Assembly: GCA_030141605.1 (NCBI GenBank) | Contig: JAQGDQ010002410.1 | Coordinates: 1 to 64,000, forward strand | Direction of reading: 5' to 3' | Source: Tubiluchus corallicola | Lineage: Eukaryota; Animalia; Priapulida | DNA: 64,000 nt | In this document: positions 31,080 to 41,728 of the stretch, piece after piece | How the letters are laid out: every line of letters begins with the position of its first letter | Position numbering within the stretch: the first letter of the stretch is position 1 | Notes under the pieces: model-generated | What the model saw: only the letters and a program-made list of their open reading frames with translations | Database searches by the model: none | What the model was told of the DNA's origin: nothing | Position numbers and translations under genes: made by a program

Positions 31080-31502
31080 CTAAATAAAATTTCCTTTTCG
31101 CTCCAAATAAGATTGTAAAATTACTGTAGCACTCACTTCATCTACCAAAGCCTTGTTCCGTCTTTTCTTTTTCTTTAAGCCACTATCTATCATAGAGCGA
31201 AATGCTATTTTGGAGGTGAAACGCTCATCTACGAAAACAATCTCTACGGACAGAAATTTCTTGCGTAATTCATCTGCTAAAAGCTCAATATTTTTCGCTA
31301 TCTCTTCATATTCGCCACTTAGTTTTTTGGGCATTCCTATCACAAAACACTCCACCTTCTCACGTTGCAAGTATTTCTCCAAAAAACTCATCAACTCTAC
31401 ACTACTTACAGTAGTCAATCCATTAGCTATTATTTGTAATTCATCTGTTACAGCTAAACCCGTCCGCTTCAGACCAAAATCTATCGCCAATACCCTTGCC
31501 AT
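31080..31502 (-). CDS. ruvX: Holliday junction resolvase-like / pre-16S rRNA nuclease YqgF
   Basis: LAIDFGLKRTGLA, DERFTS, VDEVSA..ILQSYL. Confidence 0.93.
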   Translation of the reverse strand: MARVLAIDFGLKRTGLAVTDELQIIANGLTTVSSVELMSFLEKYLQREKVECFVIGMPKKLSGEYEEIAKNIELLADELRKKFLSVEIVFVDERFTSKIAFRSMIDSGLKKKKRRNKALVDEVSATVILQSYLERKGNFI

Positions 31503-31504
31503 AT

Positions 31505-32791
31505 CTATAATATTTCAGCACTTTTTTCAACTGCTTTTAGAGTTTTCTCTATCTGCGAATTGTCCAACGAATGGGAAACGAACCACGACTCAAAAGGAGA
31601 TGGAGGCAGATAAACCCCATTTTCCAACATACTATGATAAAATTTAGCAAAACGCTTTTTATCAGTGTTTTTTGCAGAAGAAAAATCTACCACTTCCTTA
31701 TCGTTAGTAAAAAAAACACTCATCATAGACCCTACATTATTGATAACAACTTCTATATGGTGTTTCTCAAAAACTTCTTTTATTCTATTTGCTAAATTAT
31801 TAGTCTTATCCTCCAAACTTTCATAAATATGCGAATGCTCATTTAAAATATTCAACATTGCATATCCACTTGTCATAGCAACAGGATTGCCAGACAAAGT
31901 CCCCGCTTGATAAACCTCACCCATAGGAGATACATAATCCATAATTTCTTTTCGCGAAACATATGCACCCACAGGCATACCACCCCCTACTATTTTTCCA
32001 AAGGTTGCAATATCTGCCATTACATTAAAATATTCTTGTGCCCCTCCACGAGCCAAACGAAATCCTGTCATTACCTCATCAAAAATAAGTAGTATATTAT
32101 GCTCATCGCACAACTTACGTAATTTTTGCAGAAAATTATCTTTTGGAAGCACACAACCCATATTACCAGCCACTGGCTCTATGATAATAGCTGCTACTTG
32201 CTCTTTATTCTCATTCACCAGCTTTTCTACACTATCTATGTCATTATACACTGCAACGAGAGTATCATTTGCCACGTTCGATGGAACTCCTTTACTATCA
32301 GGCACTCCAAAAGTAGTAGCACCACTTCCCGCCTTAATGAGAAAGGGGTCTGCGTGTCCATGATAACAACCTTCAAACTTGATAATTTTCCCCCTCCCTG
32401 TATATCCCCTAGCCAAACGAATAGCACTCATACACGCCTCCGTCCCTGAGTTTACCATACGCACCTGCTCCATCGCAGGCACCATCTCCACCATTAGTTT
32501 CGCTACATCTGTTTCCAATTCTGTAGGAGCCCCAAACGAAATAGCCTCTTCTACTTTTTCTTGTATTGCCTTTACAATATCAGGATATGAATGCCCTAAA
32601 ATCATAGGTCCCCAAGATGCCACATAATCTAAATAATCATTGTCATCTACATCAGTAAGCACACTACCTTTGGCTTTTTTGAAAAAAATAGGGTTGCCAC
32701 CTACTGACTTAAAAGCTCTCACAGGAGAATTTACCCCCCCTGCAATAAACCCTTGAGCTTCCTTAAATAAAGATTTGCTTTTTTCGTACAT
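31505..32791 (-). CDS. hemL: Glutamate-1-semialdehyde 2,1-aminomutase
   Basis: GGVNSPVRAF, NSGTEA, FDEVMTGFR, GKIVGGG, AGTLSGNP. Confidence 0.97.
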   Translation of the reverse strand: MYEKSKSLFKEAQGFIAGGVNSPVRAFKSVGGNPIFFKKAKGSVLTDVDDNDYLDYVASWGPMILGHSYPDIVKAIQEKVEEAISFGAPTELETDVAKLMVEMVPAMEQVRMVNSGTEACMSAIRLARGYTGRGKIIKFEGCYHGHADPFLIKAGSGATTFGVPDSKGVPSNVANDTLVAVYNDIDSVEKLVNENKEQVAAIIIEPVAGNMGCVLPKDNFLQKLRKLCDEHNILLIFDEVMTGFRLARGGAQEYFNVMADIATFGKIVGGGMPVGAYVSRKEIMDYVSPMGEVYQAGTLSGNPVAMTSGYAMLNILNEHSHIYESLEDKTNNLANRIKEVFEKHHIEVVINNVGSMMSVFFTNDKEVVDFSSAKNTDKKRFAKFYHSMLENGVYLPPSPFESWFVSHSLDNSQIEKTLKAVEKSAEIL

Positions 32792-33128
32792 AAATTCTTC
32801 TTTTAAACTACAAACTTAAAAATAATATTAAAAACTACCGTGAAATTTAACATATCTATTAAGACACAAGCATTCCCCTATCTCTAAAAAAACAATAAAA
32901 CAAACATATAATAAGATAGTTGCATACAATTTTATACTAAGCCAAAATACTTGCAAGCCATTGTGTCGAGTTTTACACATCTTGCAACAAAAAAACAACA
33001 ACTGCCAAGGAATGCTAAGGTAACGTAAAGTAAAAAACAAATGCCATATTATTTTGTTATCAGCTTGGTAAAGCTACATATTCATTGTCTATAATTAACT
33101 TACTTCAACATTCTACTTAAAAAAACAC

Positions 33129-33136
33129 TACCTTTG
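33129..33136 (+). promoter_or_regulatory. Bacteroidota sigma-A -7 element for typA
   Basis: TACCTTTG; the same octamer precedes the PPIase (40849), sulP (42711) and porG-like (62791) genes. Confidence 0.55.
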
Positions 33137-33199
33137 TATTCTATTTAACCTTATTACATAAGATACAAAGTAACATATACAGATAATACACAAGATAAC

Positions 33200-35002
33200 A
33201 TGCAAGATATTAGAAATGTAGCTATTATTGCTCACGTAGATCACGGTAAGACAACACTGGTAGACAAAATATTGCACCAAGTAAGGTTGTTTAGAAGTAA
33301 TCAAAAGGTGAACGAATTAATATTAGATAATAATGACTTGGAGCGGGAGCGTGGTATTACTATACTTTCCAAAAATGTGTCGGTACGTTATAAAGATGTG
33401 AAAATAAACATCATAGACACTCCGGGACACTCTGACTTTGGGGGCGAAGTAGAACGTGTGCTAAATATGGCTGATGGTGTTTTGTTGCTGGTAGATGCTT
33501 TTGAGGGACCTATGCCTCAAACACGTTTCGTACTGCAAAAAGCAATAGAGCTAGGCTTGAAGCCTATAGTAGTGGTGAACAAGGTGGATAAGCCTAACTG
33601 CACACCTGAAGAGGCACAAGAAGCTGTTTTTGATTTGATGTTCAACTTGGGAGCTACGGAAGAACAATTAGATTTTCCTACGGCCTATGGTTCTTCCAAA
33701 GATGGTTGGATGTCGGACGATTGGAAGAAGCCTACGCAGGATGTAAGCTACTTGCTGGATTTAATATTAGAGCATGTGCCTCGTTTCAAATATGAAGAAG
33801 GAACTACACAACTGCAAATTACCTCTTTGGATTACTCTTCGTTTGTAGGGCGTATTGCTGTGGGACGTCTGTCTCGTGGAACTCTTACTTGGGGTGATAA
33901 TGTGTCGCTAGTGAAACGTGATGGTACAGTTATAAAATCTAAGGTAAAAGAACTGTATGTATTCGAAGGGTTGGGAAAAGAGAAAATGAAAAAGACTATA
34001 AGTGCAGGAGAAATATGTGCTGTATTGGGTATAGAGGGATTTGATATTGGTGATACTATTGCTGACTATGAAAATCCCGAACAAATAGCTCCTATTAAGA
34101 TAGATGAGCCTACTATGAGTATGCTTTTCACGGTAAATAATTCTCCGTTTTTTGGCAAGGACGGTAAATTTGTTACCTCCCGTCATTTAAGGGAACGACT
34201 GTATAAGGAAATGGAAAAGAATCTTGCTTTACGGATAGAGGAAACGAGTTCGGCCGATTCTTTCAACGTATTCGGACGAGGCATTTTGCATCTTTCCATT
34301 TTGGTGGAAACTATGCGTAGAGAAGGGTACGAGTTCCAACTGGGGCAACCACAGGTAGTTGTTAAAGAAATAGATGGTGTAAAATCAGAACCCATAGAAA
34401 TACTTACGGTGCTTGTGCCAGAGGAATTTTCGGGCAAGGTGATTGAGATTGTTACTCGGTGCAAGGGCAATATGACGAGTATGAACCCTAAGGGTGATAG
34501 GTATAACGTAGAGTTTGAAATTCCATCGCGAGGTTTGATAGGATTAAGCACATCCTTGATAACAGCTACCGAAGGGCAGGCTATTGTTGCTCAAAGGTTG
34601 AAGGGCTACGAACCTTGGCGAGGTGAAATGGAAAGGGAACGCAATGGAGCTTTGATTGCTATGGAAACGGGAGTATCAGTAGCTTACTCTTTAGATAAGT
34701 TGCAAGATAGAGGAGCATTTTTTATAGCTGCAGGCGAAGAGGTATACGAAGGACAGGTTATAGGGCAACATATTAGGCAAGAAGATTTGGTGGTGAACGT
34801 TACTAAAACGAAAAAACTTACTAATATGCGCTCTGCAGGTGCCGATGACAAGGCTGTGCTTGCTCCTCCTGTAAAATATTCGTTAGAACAATCTATGGAA
34901 AACGTGCGAGCCGATGAGTATATTGAGATAACACCTAAACATATTCGTATGCGAAAGATTCTTTTAACAGAGAACGAAAGAAAACGAGCAGGTAATAAGT
35001 AA
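33200..35002 (+). CDS. typA: Translational GTPase TypA/BipA
   Basis: [44 protein letters not shown]. Confidence 0.97.
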   Translation: MQDIRNVAIIAHVDHGKTTLVDKILHQVRLFRSNQKVNELILDNNDLERERGITILSKNVSVRYKDVKINIIDTPGHSDFGGEVERVLNMADGVLLLVDAFEGPMPQTRFVLQKAIELGLKPIVVVNKVDKPNCTPEEAQEAVFDLMFNLGATEEQLDFPTAYGSSKDGWMSDDWKKPTQDVSYLLDLILEHVPRFKYEEGTTQLQITSLDYSSFVGRIAVGRLSRGTLTWGDNVSLVKRDGTVIKSKVKELYVFEGLGKEKMKKTISAGEICAVLGIEGFDIGDTIADYENPEQIAPIKIDEPTMSMLFTVNNSPFFGKDGKFVTSRHLRERLYKEMEKNLALRIEETSSADSFNVFGRGILHLSILVETMRREGYEFQLGQPQVVVKEIDGVKSEPIEILTVLVPEEFSGKVIEIVTRCKGNMTSMNPKGDRYNVEFEIPSRGLIGLSTSLITATEGQAIVAQRLKGYEPWRGEMERERNGALIAMETGVSVAYSLDKLQDRGAFFIAAGEEVYEGQVIGQHIRQEDLVVNVTKTKKLTNMRSAGADDKAVLAPPVKYSLEQSMENVRADEYIEITPKHIRMRKILLTENERKRAGNK

Positions 35003-35037
35003 AGAAAATGACTACTTATTTAATTCTGTATCTTCGT

Positions 35038-35065
35038 TTTTAGTTTTTGATATCAAAAACTAAAA
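35038..35065. terminator. 28-bp perfect palindrome between convergent typA and xerD
   Basis: TTTTAGTTTTTGATATCAAAAACTAAAA. Confidence 0.55.
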
Positions 35066-35118
35066 TACATAAAGTAATGTATTTTCAATAATAGAAAAAC
35101 AAACGAAAGGCGAATAGA

Positions 35119-36033
35119 TTACATCTTCTGGCTTTTTGCCCGTGGATGAAATTGCTGTATGGCACTTCGCAGATAGCTCATATCAAGATGGGTATATATT
35201 TCAGTAGTAGTGATAGATTCGTGTCCTAACATTTCTTGTACTACACGCAAATCAGCACCACCATCTACTAAATGTGAGGCAAAAGAATGGCGAAAAGTAT
35301 GCGGACTAATACTTTTTTGTACTCCTGCCTTTTGGCTTAGTTTTTTTACTATAATAAATATCATTACACGTGTAAGCCGCTTGCCCCTGCGGTTAAGAAA
35401 AACTATATTTTCAGACGATTTGTCTATGTTCAGGTGGTTTCTATAAGAGTTGGTATAAGTATTTATTTCGTTGATAGCTTTTTTCCCTATTGGCACCATC
35501 CGTTCTTTGTTGCCCTTGCCTAACACTTTTATAAACTCCTCGTCAAAAAACAGGTCCGTCAACTTCAGATTAATAAGTTCCGACACTCGTAAGCCACAAC
35601 TATATAATGTTTCGATAATGGCACGATTACGATGTCCTTCTGGCTGACTAAGGTCTATGCTATTAATAAGAAGGTCTATATCTTGTATGGAGAGTACGTC
35701 AGGTAGTTGTCTCCCTATTCTGGGCAAATCTAGAAGATGTGCAGGGCTATCCTTTATCTTATCTTCTATAAGTAGATATTTGTAAAATGCTCTAATACCT
35801 GAAATGATACGAGCCTGACTTTTAGGATTAATACTAAATGTGTGTAAATATTCTATAAATTTTCGCAATATTTCAGGAGTTATTTGCGTAGGCAAAAAAC
35901 TGCTACAATGTGTTTCTATATAATACTGCAATTTACGTATATCCCTCAAATAGGCTTGTACAGAGTGGTCGGACAACGAACGTTCTAACTTTAAATACAG
36001 TTCAAATTCTTTTATTTCGTCTTCCCAGGTCAT
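35119..36033 (-). CDS. xerD: Tyrosine recombinase XerD
   Basis: GLRVSEL, GKGNKER, HTFRHSFA, LGHESITTTEIYTH; XerD-type length and N-terminus. Confidence 0.88.
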   Translation of the reverse strand: MTWEDEIKEFELYLKLERSLSDHSVQAYLRDIRKLQYYIETHCSSFLPTQITPEILRKFIEYLHTFSINPKSQARIISGIRAFYKYLLIEDKIKDSPAHLLDLPRIGRQLPDVLSIQDIDLLINSIDLSQPEGHRNRAIIETLYSCGLRVSELINLKLTDLFFDEEFIKVLGKGNKERMVPIGKKAINEINTYTNSYRNHLNIDKSSENIVFLNRRGKRLTRVMIFIIVKKLSQKAGVQKSISPHTFRHSFASHLVDGGADLRVVQEMLGHESITTTEIYTHLDMSYLRSAIQQFHPRAKSQKM

Positions 36034-36113
36034 ATAACAAAGTTAATGATGTTTTTCATTCTGTTAAATGTTTTTTACTTTTATCGCAAAAAATTTATTT
36101 ATACAACATACAT

Positions 36114-37244
36114 ATGAATTTCACATTGCATCATACAAGTACAGACAGTCAAGCCCGAGCAGGAACACTTACCACTGCACACGGAGAAATACAGACTCCT
36201 ATATTTATGCCCGTTGGCACAGTAGGTAGTGTAAAGGGAGTACAAATGAGAGATTTGACTGACGATACCAAGGCACAGATTATCTTAGGCAACACTTACC
36301 ATCTTTACCTACGCCCGCAGGTGGATGTATTACAGAAGGCAGGAGGCTTACATAGGTTTATTTCTTGGAACAAGCCTATACTAACTGATAGTGGAGGATT
36401 TCAGGTATTTTCCCTCTCTCAAATAAGAAAAATCAAAGAAGAGGGTGTAGAAATACGGTCGCATATAGATGGGAGCAAACATTTTTTCACCCCTGAAAAT
36501 GTAGTAGACACACAACGTAAGATAGGAGCAGATATTACAATGGCATTTGATGAATGCACTCCGGGAAATGCTGACTATAAATACGCCAAACAGTCGATGG
36601 AACTAACCCACAGATGGCTAAAAAGAGGAGTGCAACGCTTTAAAGAAACAAAAGGACTATATGGTTATGAGCAAACTTTTTTTCCAATAGTGCAAGGATG
36701 CATATATAAAGATTTACGAAAACAATCAGCAGAATTTATTGCTAGCCAAGAATGCGATGGTAACGCCATAGGCGGATTGTCAGTAGGCGAACCTGCTGAA
36801 AAAATGTATGAGATGACAGAGGTAGTGAATAGTATCCTGCCCAAGAACAAACCCCGCTATTTAATGGGAGTAGGCACTCCTGAAAATATTTTAGAGTGTA
36901 TTGCTTTGGGGGTAGATATGTTTGACTGCGTAATACCTACCCGTAACGGACGCAATGGTATGCTTTTCACAAGTAGAGGTATTATCAATATTAAAAATAA
37001 AAAGTGGGGATGCGATTTCTCGCCAATTGATGAAGTAGGAACTTCCTATGTAGACACCACTTATACTAAGGCTTATTTACATCATTTGTTTAAGGCAAAT
37101 GAACTACTAGCCTTGCAAATAGCCACCCTACACAACCTTGCCTTTTATTTGTGGTTGGTTGCAGAAGCAAGAAAGCACATACTGACTAACAATTTTCATA
37201 TTTGGAAACCTGAGATGGTAAGGAATATAACACAAAGACTATAA
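36114..37244 (+). CDS. tgt: tRNA-guanine transglycosylase
   Basis: TPIFMPVGT, NTYHL, TDSGGFQV, YLMGVG, DMFDCV.PTR; true start is ATG 36114 (MNFTL). Confidence 0.97.
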   Translation: MNFTLHHTSTDSQARAGTLTTAHGEIQTPIFMPVGTVGSVKGVQMRDLTDDTKAQIILGNTYHLYLRPQVDVLQKAGGLHRFISWNKPILTDSGGFQVFSLSQIRKIKEEGVEIRSHIDGSKHFFTPENVVDTQRKIGADITMAFDECTPGNADYKYAKQSMELTHRWLKRGVQRFKETKGLYGYEQTFFPIVQGCIYKDLRKQSAEFIASQECDGNAIGGLSVGEPAEKMYEMTEVVNSILPKNKPRYLMGVGTPENILECIALGVDMFDCVIPTRNGRNGMLFTSRGIINIKNKKWGCDFSPIDEVGTSYVDTTYTKAYLHHLFKANELLALQIATLHNLAFYLWLVAEARKHILTNNFHIWKPEMVRNITQRL

Positions 37245-37423
37245 GATATTAAACTCTTTGAAATATGATTGCCTTCCGTTTTTACGAGAAACAAAATTTA
37301 GACAAACATAGATAAACAATTTATATATCTTTGACACAACATTGGGTTCTGCCTTCTAAATATCAGATTAAATAATTACTTACTCTAAATAAGTAAAGAA
37401 ACAAATAAGATATTAATAATACA

Positions 37424-38265
37424 ATGACTGAAAGGAAAGAACAACCAGAAATAGAACTTCGCTCAGAAGAAATACAAGACATATTAGGCAAAACACCCCA
37501 TTGGCTAATACGTAAAGGCTCGCAGGTTATTCTGTGCATACTTGTATTGCTATTAGTACTTAGTTATGTGTTGAAATACCCTGATATTGTCAATTCTCAA
37601 GTTACCATTACCACCACTACACCTCCTGCTCCTGTTATTACTTACACCACAGGAAAAATTGAACGTTTGTTAGTGCAAGACAACGAAATAGTAGCTCAAA
37701 ATCAGCCTCTTGCTATTATTGAAAATACTGCCAACTATGAGGATACAAGAGAATTACAAAATATTTTAGATACATTACATCATTTTATCAATACCCTTTA
37801 CACTCACGACGACGAAAACCTCAACGAGGACAATAGCTACTACCACCATTGTGATAACCACAATCATAATGACGAAGAGAATAGCATTTTGCAAATAGAG
37901 CTAAACCCTAATCCCAATCTTGGAGAAAACCAAACTTATTATACTAAGCTTCTGCAAGACTATGAGGAGTATCATCACTTTATATAACAGCAAGAACACT
38001 TGAAAAAAATAGAAAGCAAGAGAGACTCTTGCAAAAATATAAAGAACTTCTCCAACACAACAACCAAAACACCCACAAAAAAACAACACCCAACAAACAA
38101 AAACCACAAAAAACCACAAACCAAAAACCAAAAAAAAAACAAAAAAACAACCACAGAACTTCTTCAACAACATATGGAAGGCAGTGCAGAAGTAATAACT
38201 GAGGACTTGTGCTTTATACAGCACACTATAAACCCCCTCAAATACCTTCTCAAAGAAAAAATATA
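37424..38265 (+). pseudogene. Truncated HlyD-family secretion protein followed by degenerate low-complexity sequence
   Basis: ELRSEEIQDILG..P.W and KYPD motifs plus a biotinyl-like segment are typical of Bacteroidota PCAT-partner HlyD. Stop at 37987 after 187 aa, then an A/C-only tract. Confidence 0.6.
38052..38155. repeat. 104-nt tract containing only A and C
   Basis: Directly visible; flanked by AGAACTTCTYCAACA at 38043 and 38155. Confidence 0.9.
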
Positions 38266-38434
38266 ACTGCTCTCCTAATATAATGTAGAAAAAACCAAAA
38301 AAAGAGATGGATTTTGCTCAATTATTTATTATATTTAAGATATATTTCACTTTTTAATTTTACCCACTAATAAGTGAAACAACATTTTTATTAATAACAG
38401 AATCCAGCAATTTCAATCTTTATTGAATATAATT

Positions 38435-39727
38435 ATGAAAAAAACTAAGTTTATTTTATTGTTTCTATTTGTTACAAATATTGTGTTTTCACAGCAACAT
38501 AAAGTTGCTATTTTTAACCCCATAGGCGAAGTTGATGAAGGCATTAAGGTCTTAATTAGAGAGGAAATAGGAGAAGCAATGGTAAAATCTCCTGACTACA
38601 TAGTGTTAGAAAGAGCTTCCATAAATAAAATCATAGAAGAAGAAAAATTTCAACTATCAGGCAGTGTTGATGAAAATGAAATAAGTGAGATAGGAAAAAA
38701 GATGGGAGCAAATATTATTTGTATTTCTTCGGTCAGCCAAATAGGTAATAACTATTTTATCTCAGCTAAGTTGGTAGAAGTATCTACTTCAAAAGTAACC
38801 AGACATGTTAATCAAATGACAAAGAAGGGGATAGATGATATTTACAGTACTACCCATTCAATTGTAGACAAATTAATCCAAAATGAAGATGAAAATACGG
38901 ATGTGAGTGTAAATGCTTCTGAAATAGAAAATGAAGCAGAACAAATACAAAACGATAACGAAAGAATAGAAGAGGCTAAGAAAAACTTAGAAGAAGGAGT
39001 AGGCATAGAAGCAAAAAGAGAGCAATTAGAGAAAGATAAAGAAAGGTTGGATTACAAAGACAATACAAAAACAAATGAAGATAAGGTAGTTTCTCAATAC
39101 AATAATGAAAAAAAACAAAGCGATAACAAAGTTGCATTTGGACTTAAAGCTGGTTTAAATATTGCCCATTTTACAGAATCGAACGATATAGATGAAATAA
39201 AAACGACATCAAATGCTTTATTTGGAATTGCCTTGGAGATTCCTCTCACCAATCGTTTATTTCTTCAGCCCGAAATATTATTTTCTCCAAAAGGAGGTAA
39301 AGTAAAATATAGAGATGATGATGACGACGATGATGATGACGACGATGACGATATTATTTTCTATGATAATGATGAAAATAAAGATATACGGCTAAACTAT
39401 TTAGAAGTTCCTATTTCATTAAAATTTATACTTATTAATTCCAATATAAAAGTTTTTATCACTGGTGGATTTTACTACGCTACTTTCTTGAATGGCACAT
39501 ATAAAGTAGACGAAGGAGACAAAAATAGTTTAAAAAAAGAAGACATAGTTAACACATCAGATGTAGGACTTAACATAGGAGGAGGATTGGGTTTTGGACC
39601 ATTGAATTTTGAATATAGATATGGAATAGGTTTTTCAGAATTGGGGAAAAACAATGATTCTAATATAATCCCAGACATGGGTATAAAAAACAGAACATCA
39701 AGTTTTTCCTTAACTATCTTTTTTTAA
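38435..39727 (+). CDS. Secreted protein: CsgG/TolB-N-like domain, coiled coil and C-terminal outer-membrane beta-barrel (porin-family)
   Basis: Signal peptide; VLERASINKIIEEEKF..EIGKKMGA; FGLKAGLN..LQPEILF..LNYLEVP; terminal Phe. Confidence 0.6.
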   Translation: MKKTKFILLFLFVTNIVFSQQHKVAIFNPIGEVDEGIKVLIREEIGEAMVKSPDYIVLERASINKIIEEEKFQLSGSVDENEISEIGKKMGANIICISSVSQIGNNYFISAKLVEVSTSKVTRHVNQMTKKGIDDIYSTTHSIVDKLIQNEDENTDVSVNASEIENEAEQIQNDNERIEEAKKNLEEGVGIEAKREQLEKDKERLDYKDNTKTNEDKVVSQYNNEKKQSDNKVAFGLKAGLNIAHFTESNDIDEIKTTSNALFGIALEIPLTNRLFLQPEILFSPKGGKVKYRDDDDDDDDDDDDDIIFYDNDENKDIRLNYLEVPISLKFILINSNIKVFITGGFYYATFLNGTYKVDEGDKNSLKKEDIVNTSDVGLNIGGGLGFGPLNFEYRYGIGFSELGKNNDSNIIPDMGIKNRTSSFSLTIFF

Positions 39728-39761
39728 CAACCCTATGTAAAAAAGAAACTAAGCAAATGAT

Positions 39762-40799
39762 ATGAAACATTTTTTACTAATACTTTTTATATTAAATATT
39801 GGCATTCAAGCATTTTCGCAAGAAGGCCTTTTATGGCTAAACGATGTCTCACGTCAAACTGCATATCCCCAAAAAGACTATCTGACAGGCTACTCCTGGG
39901 GAGTAAACACTGAAAATAAAGACATCACAGTTTTCCTGAATGAACAAAAGGACCTTGCAAAAAACGAACTGATAGAAAGTATAAAAATATCTGTAAAAAG
40001 CACAATAAGCAATAAAACTACCGAAACGGACGGCACTATAAGAAATGCGTTCTACTCTCACATTAGTTCATTTGCAGATGTAGAAATAAATGGAATGCAA
40101 ATAGAAAGCTATTATGACAAAAGTAAAAAAACAGGATACGCCTTTGCTTATGCAAAAAGAGCTCAAACAATAGATTACCACAAAGCAATAATTGATATAA
40201 ACATCCACGAAATAGAAAGGCTAATCTCCAATAGTAGAAACTGGGAAGAACAAGAAGAAAAAATACAAGCAAAAAAATCATATCAGAAATGCCTACCCTT
40301 GTTAGAAGAAATAAAACAAGCACAGTCCCTACTTATTGCTCTTGAAAGCAACATACACGATAGCGAGCTACAATTAGATAAAGTAAAGCTACTGCAAACA
40401 GAAATAGAACAAAGCATTCTTAGATTACGTAATACCATAACAATATATATAGAGTCGCACGAAATGAATTATAACAAAGAAGTCAGAGTTTTAGAACCAA
40501 AAATAAAAGCTGCCCTATCAGAAAATGGATGTAGTTTTACCTATGCCAAAGAGGAGGCAGATAGAATACTTGTTATCAATGCTAATAGTAGAGAAGGACG
40601 CAAATACAATGGAATATACTTCTCTTATTTAGATATCATAGTATCCATTGTAGAGCAAAAATATGAAAAAGAAATATTTAAAAACAACTACTCAAATCTC
40701 AAAGGAGGTGGTTTAGATTATCCAACAGCAGGCTTGAAAGCCTATAAAGAAGGATACAAAGCAATAGTAAATGACATTGTAAAAATAATAACCAATTAG
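39762..40799 (+). CDS. Secreted hypothetical protein (LPP20-like N-terminal region)
   Basis: Signal peptide; AKNELIESIKISV-type segment; co-oriented with the upstream gene. Confidence 0.5.
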   Translation: MKHFLLILFILNIGIQAFSQEGLLWLNDVSRQTAYPQKDYLTGYSWGVNTENKDITVFLNEQKDLAKNELIESIKISVKSTISNKTTETDGTIRNAFYSHISSFADVEINGMQIESYYDKSKKTGYAFAYAKRAQTIDYHKAIIDINIHEIERLISNSRNWEEQEEKIQAKKSYQKCLPLLEEIKQAQSLLIALESNIHDSELQLDKVKLLQTEIEQSILRLRNTITIYIESHEMNYNKEVRVLEPKIKAALSENGCSFTYAKEEADRILVINANSREGRKYNGIYFSYLDIIVSIVEQKYEKEIFKNNYSNLKGGGLDYPTAGLKAYKEGYKAIVNDIVKIITN

Positions 40800-40887
40800 T
40801 TTTAGTTATTTACTTTTTACAATTTTAAACTCCTTTTCTAAAAAATACTACCTTTGCAGTGTTTTATGTAAAAATAACTTTTTGAAA

Positions 40888-41706
40888 ATGAGAATCTTAA
40901 AATTTTTTACATTATTCCTATTTATGAACTTAACAACCCATTGTATAATGACAAAAAAAAATAGTGAAAGTACTGTAATACTTATTAATACCACGGAAGG
41001 AAATATTACAATAAAACTCTATGATGACACACCGCTACACAAGAACAATTTTATCAAACTTGTAAAAGAGGATTTCTATGACAATGTGCTATTTCATCGT
41101 GTAATAAAAGATTTTATGATACAAACAGGAGACCCTGATTCTAAAAACGCTCCTGCCGAAAAAAACCTTGGAGTAGGAGGCCCTTCATACACAATACCTG
41201 CTGAAATAAAACCTCAATATTATCATAAAAAAGGAGCACTAGCAGCAGCTAGACAAGGAGACCAAGTAAACCCCAAAAAAGAATCATCAGGCTCGCAATT
41301 TTATATTATTCACGGACAAGTTTTAGATAGTAGTAGTATTTCAAAATATGAACTTAGTATGACCCACCAAAAAAAGGAAGCCTATTTCCGTACTCTTATA
41401 GCAGAAAATCGCTCTACTATAGAAGCACTGCAAAAAGAAAATAAAACAGAAGAGCTGCAAAAACTAGCCCAAGAGTACCAAAAACAAACAGAGCAAGCTG
41501 TGGAAGAATTTAAATTCAGCCCAGAACAGATAGAAATCTATACCACTATAGGAGGAGCACCTCACCTTGATGGAGAGTATACCATATTTGGAGAAGTAAC
41601 AAAAGGTTTAGATGTAATAGACAAAATAGCTGTTGCCCCAACAGGAAAAAACGACCGACCTACAACGGATATTAAAATAATAGATATCAAAATAGTAGAA
41701 AACTAA
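40888..41706 (+). CDS. Cyclophilin-type peptidyl-prolyl isomerase
   Basis: FHRVIKDFMIQTGDP, SGSQFYI, PHLDGEYTIFGEV. Confidence 0.95.
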   Translation: MRILKFFTLFLFMNLTTHCIMTKKNSESTVILINTTEGNITIKLYDDTPLHKNNFIKLVKEDFYDNVLFHRVIKDFMIQTGDPDSKNAPAEKNLGVGGPSYTIPAEIKPQYYHKKGALAAARQGDQVNPKKESSGSQFYIIHGQVLDSSSISKYELSMTHQKKEAYFRTLIAENRSTIEALQKENKTEELQKLAQEYQKQTEQAVEEFKFSPEQIEIYTTIGGAPHLDGEYTIFGEVTKGLDVIDKIAVAPTGKNDRPTTDIKIIDIKIVEN

Positions 41707-41728
41707 AAAAACACTTAGCATCAAACGA

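Noticed and set aside
35119-36033. Tyrosine recombinase as the integrase of a mobile element
   Set aside because: Length, motifs and core-gene context fit housekeeping XerD; no att sites or cargo nearby.
35910-36113. 68-aa N-terminal extension of Tgt in the ORF track
   Set aside because: It overlaps the divergent xerD start; the recognisable protein begins at ATG 36114.
37901-38266. ORFs 37901..38224 (-) and 38000..38266 (+)
   Set aside because: They are open only because the A/C-only tract lacks stop codons; the compositions are not protein-like.
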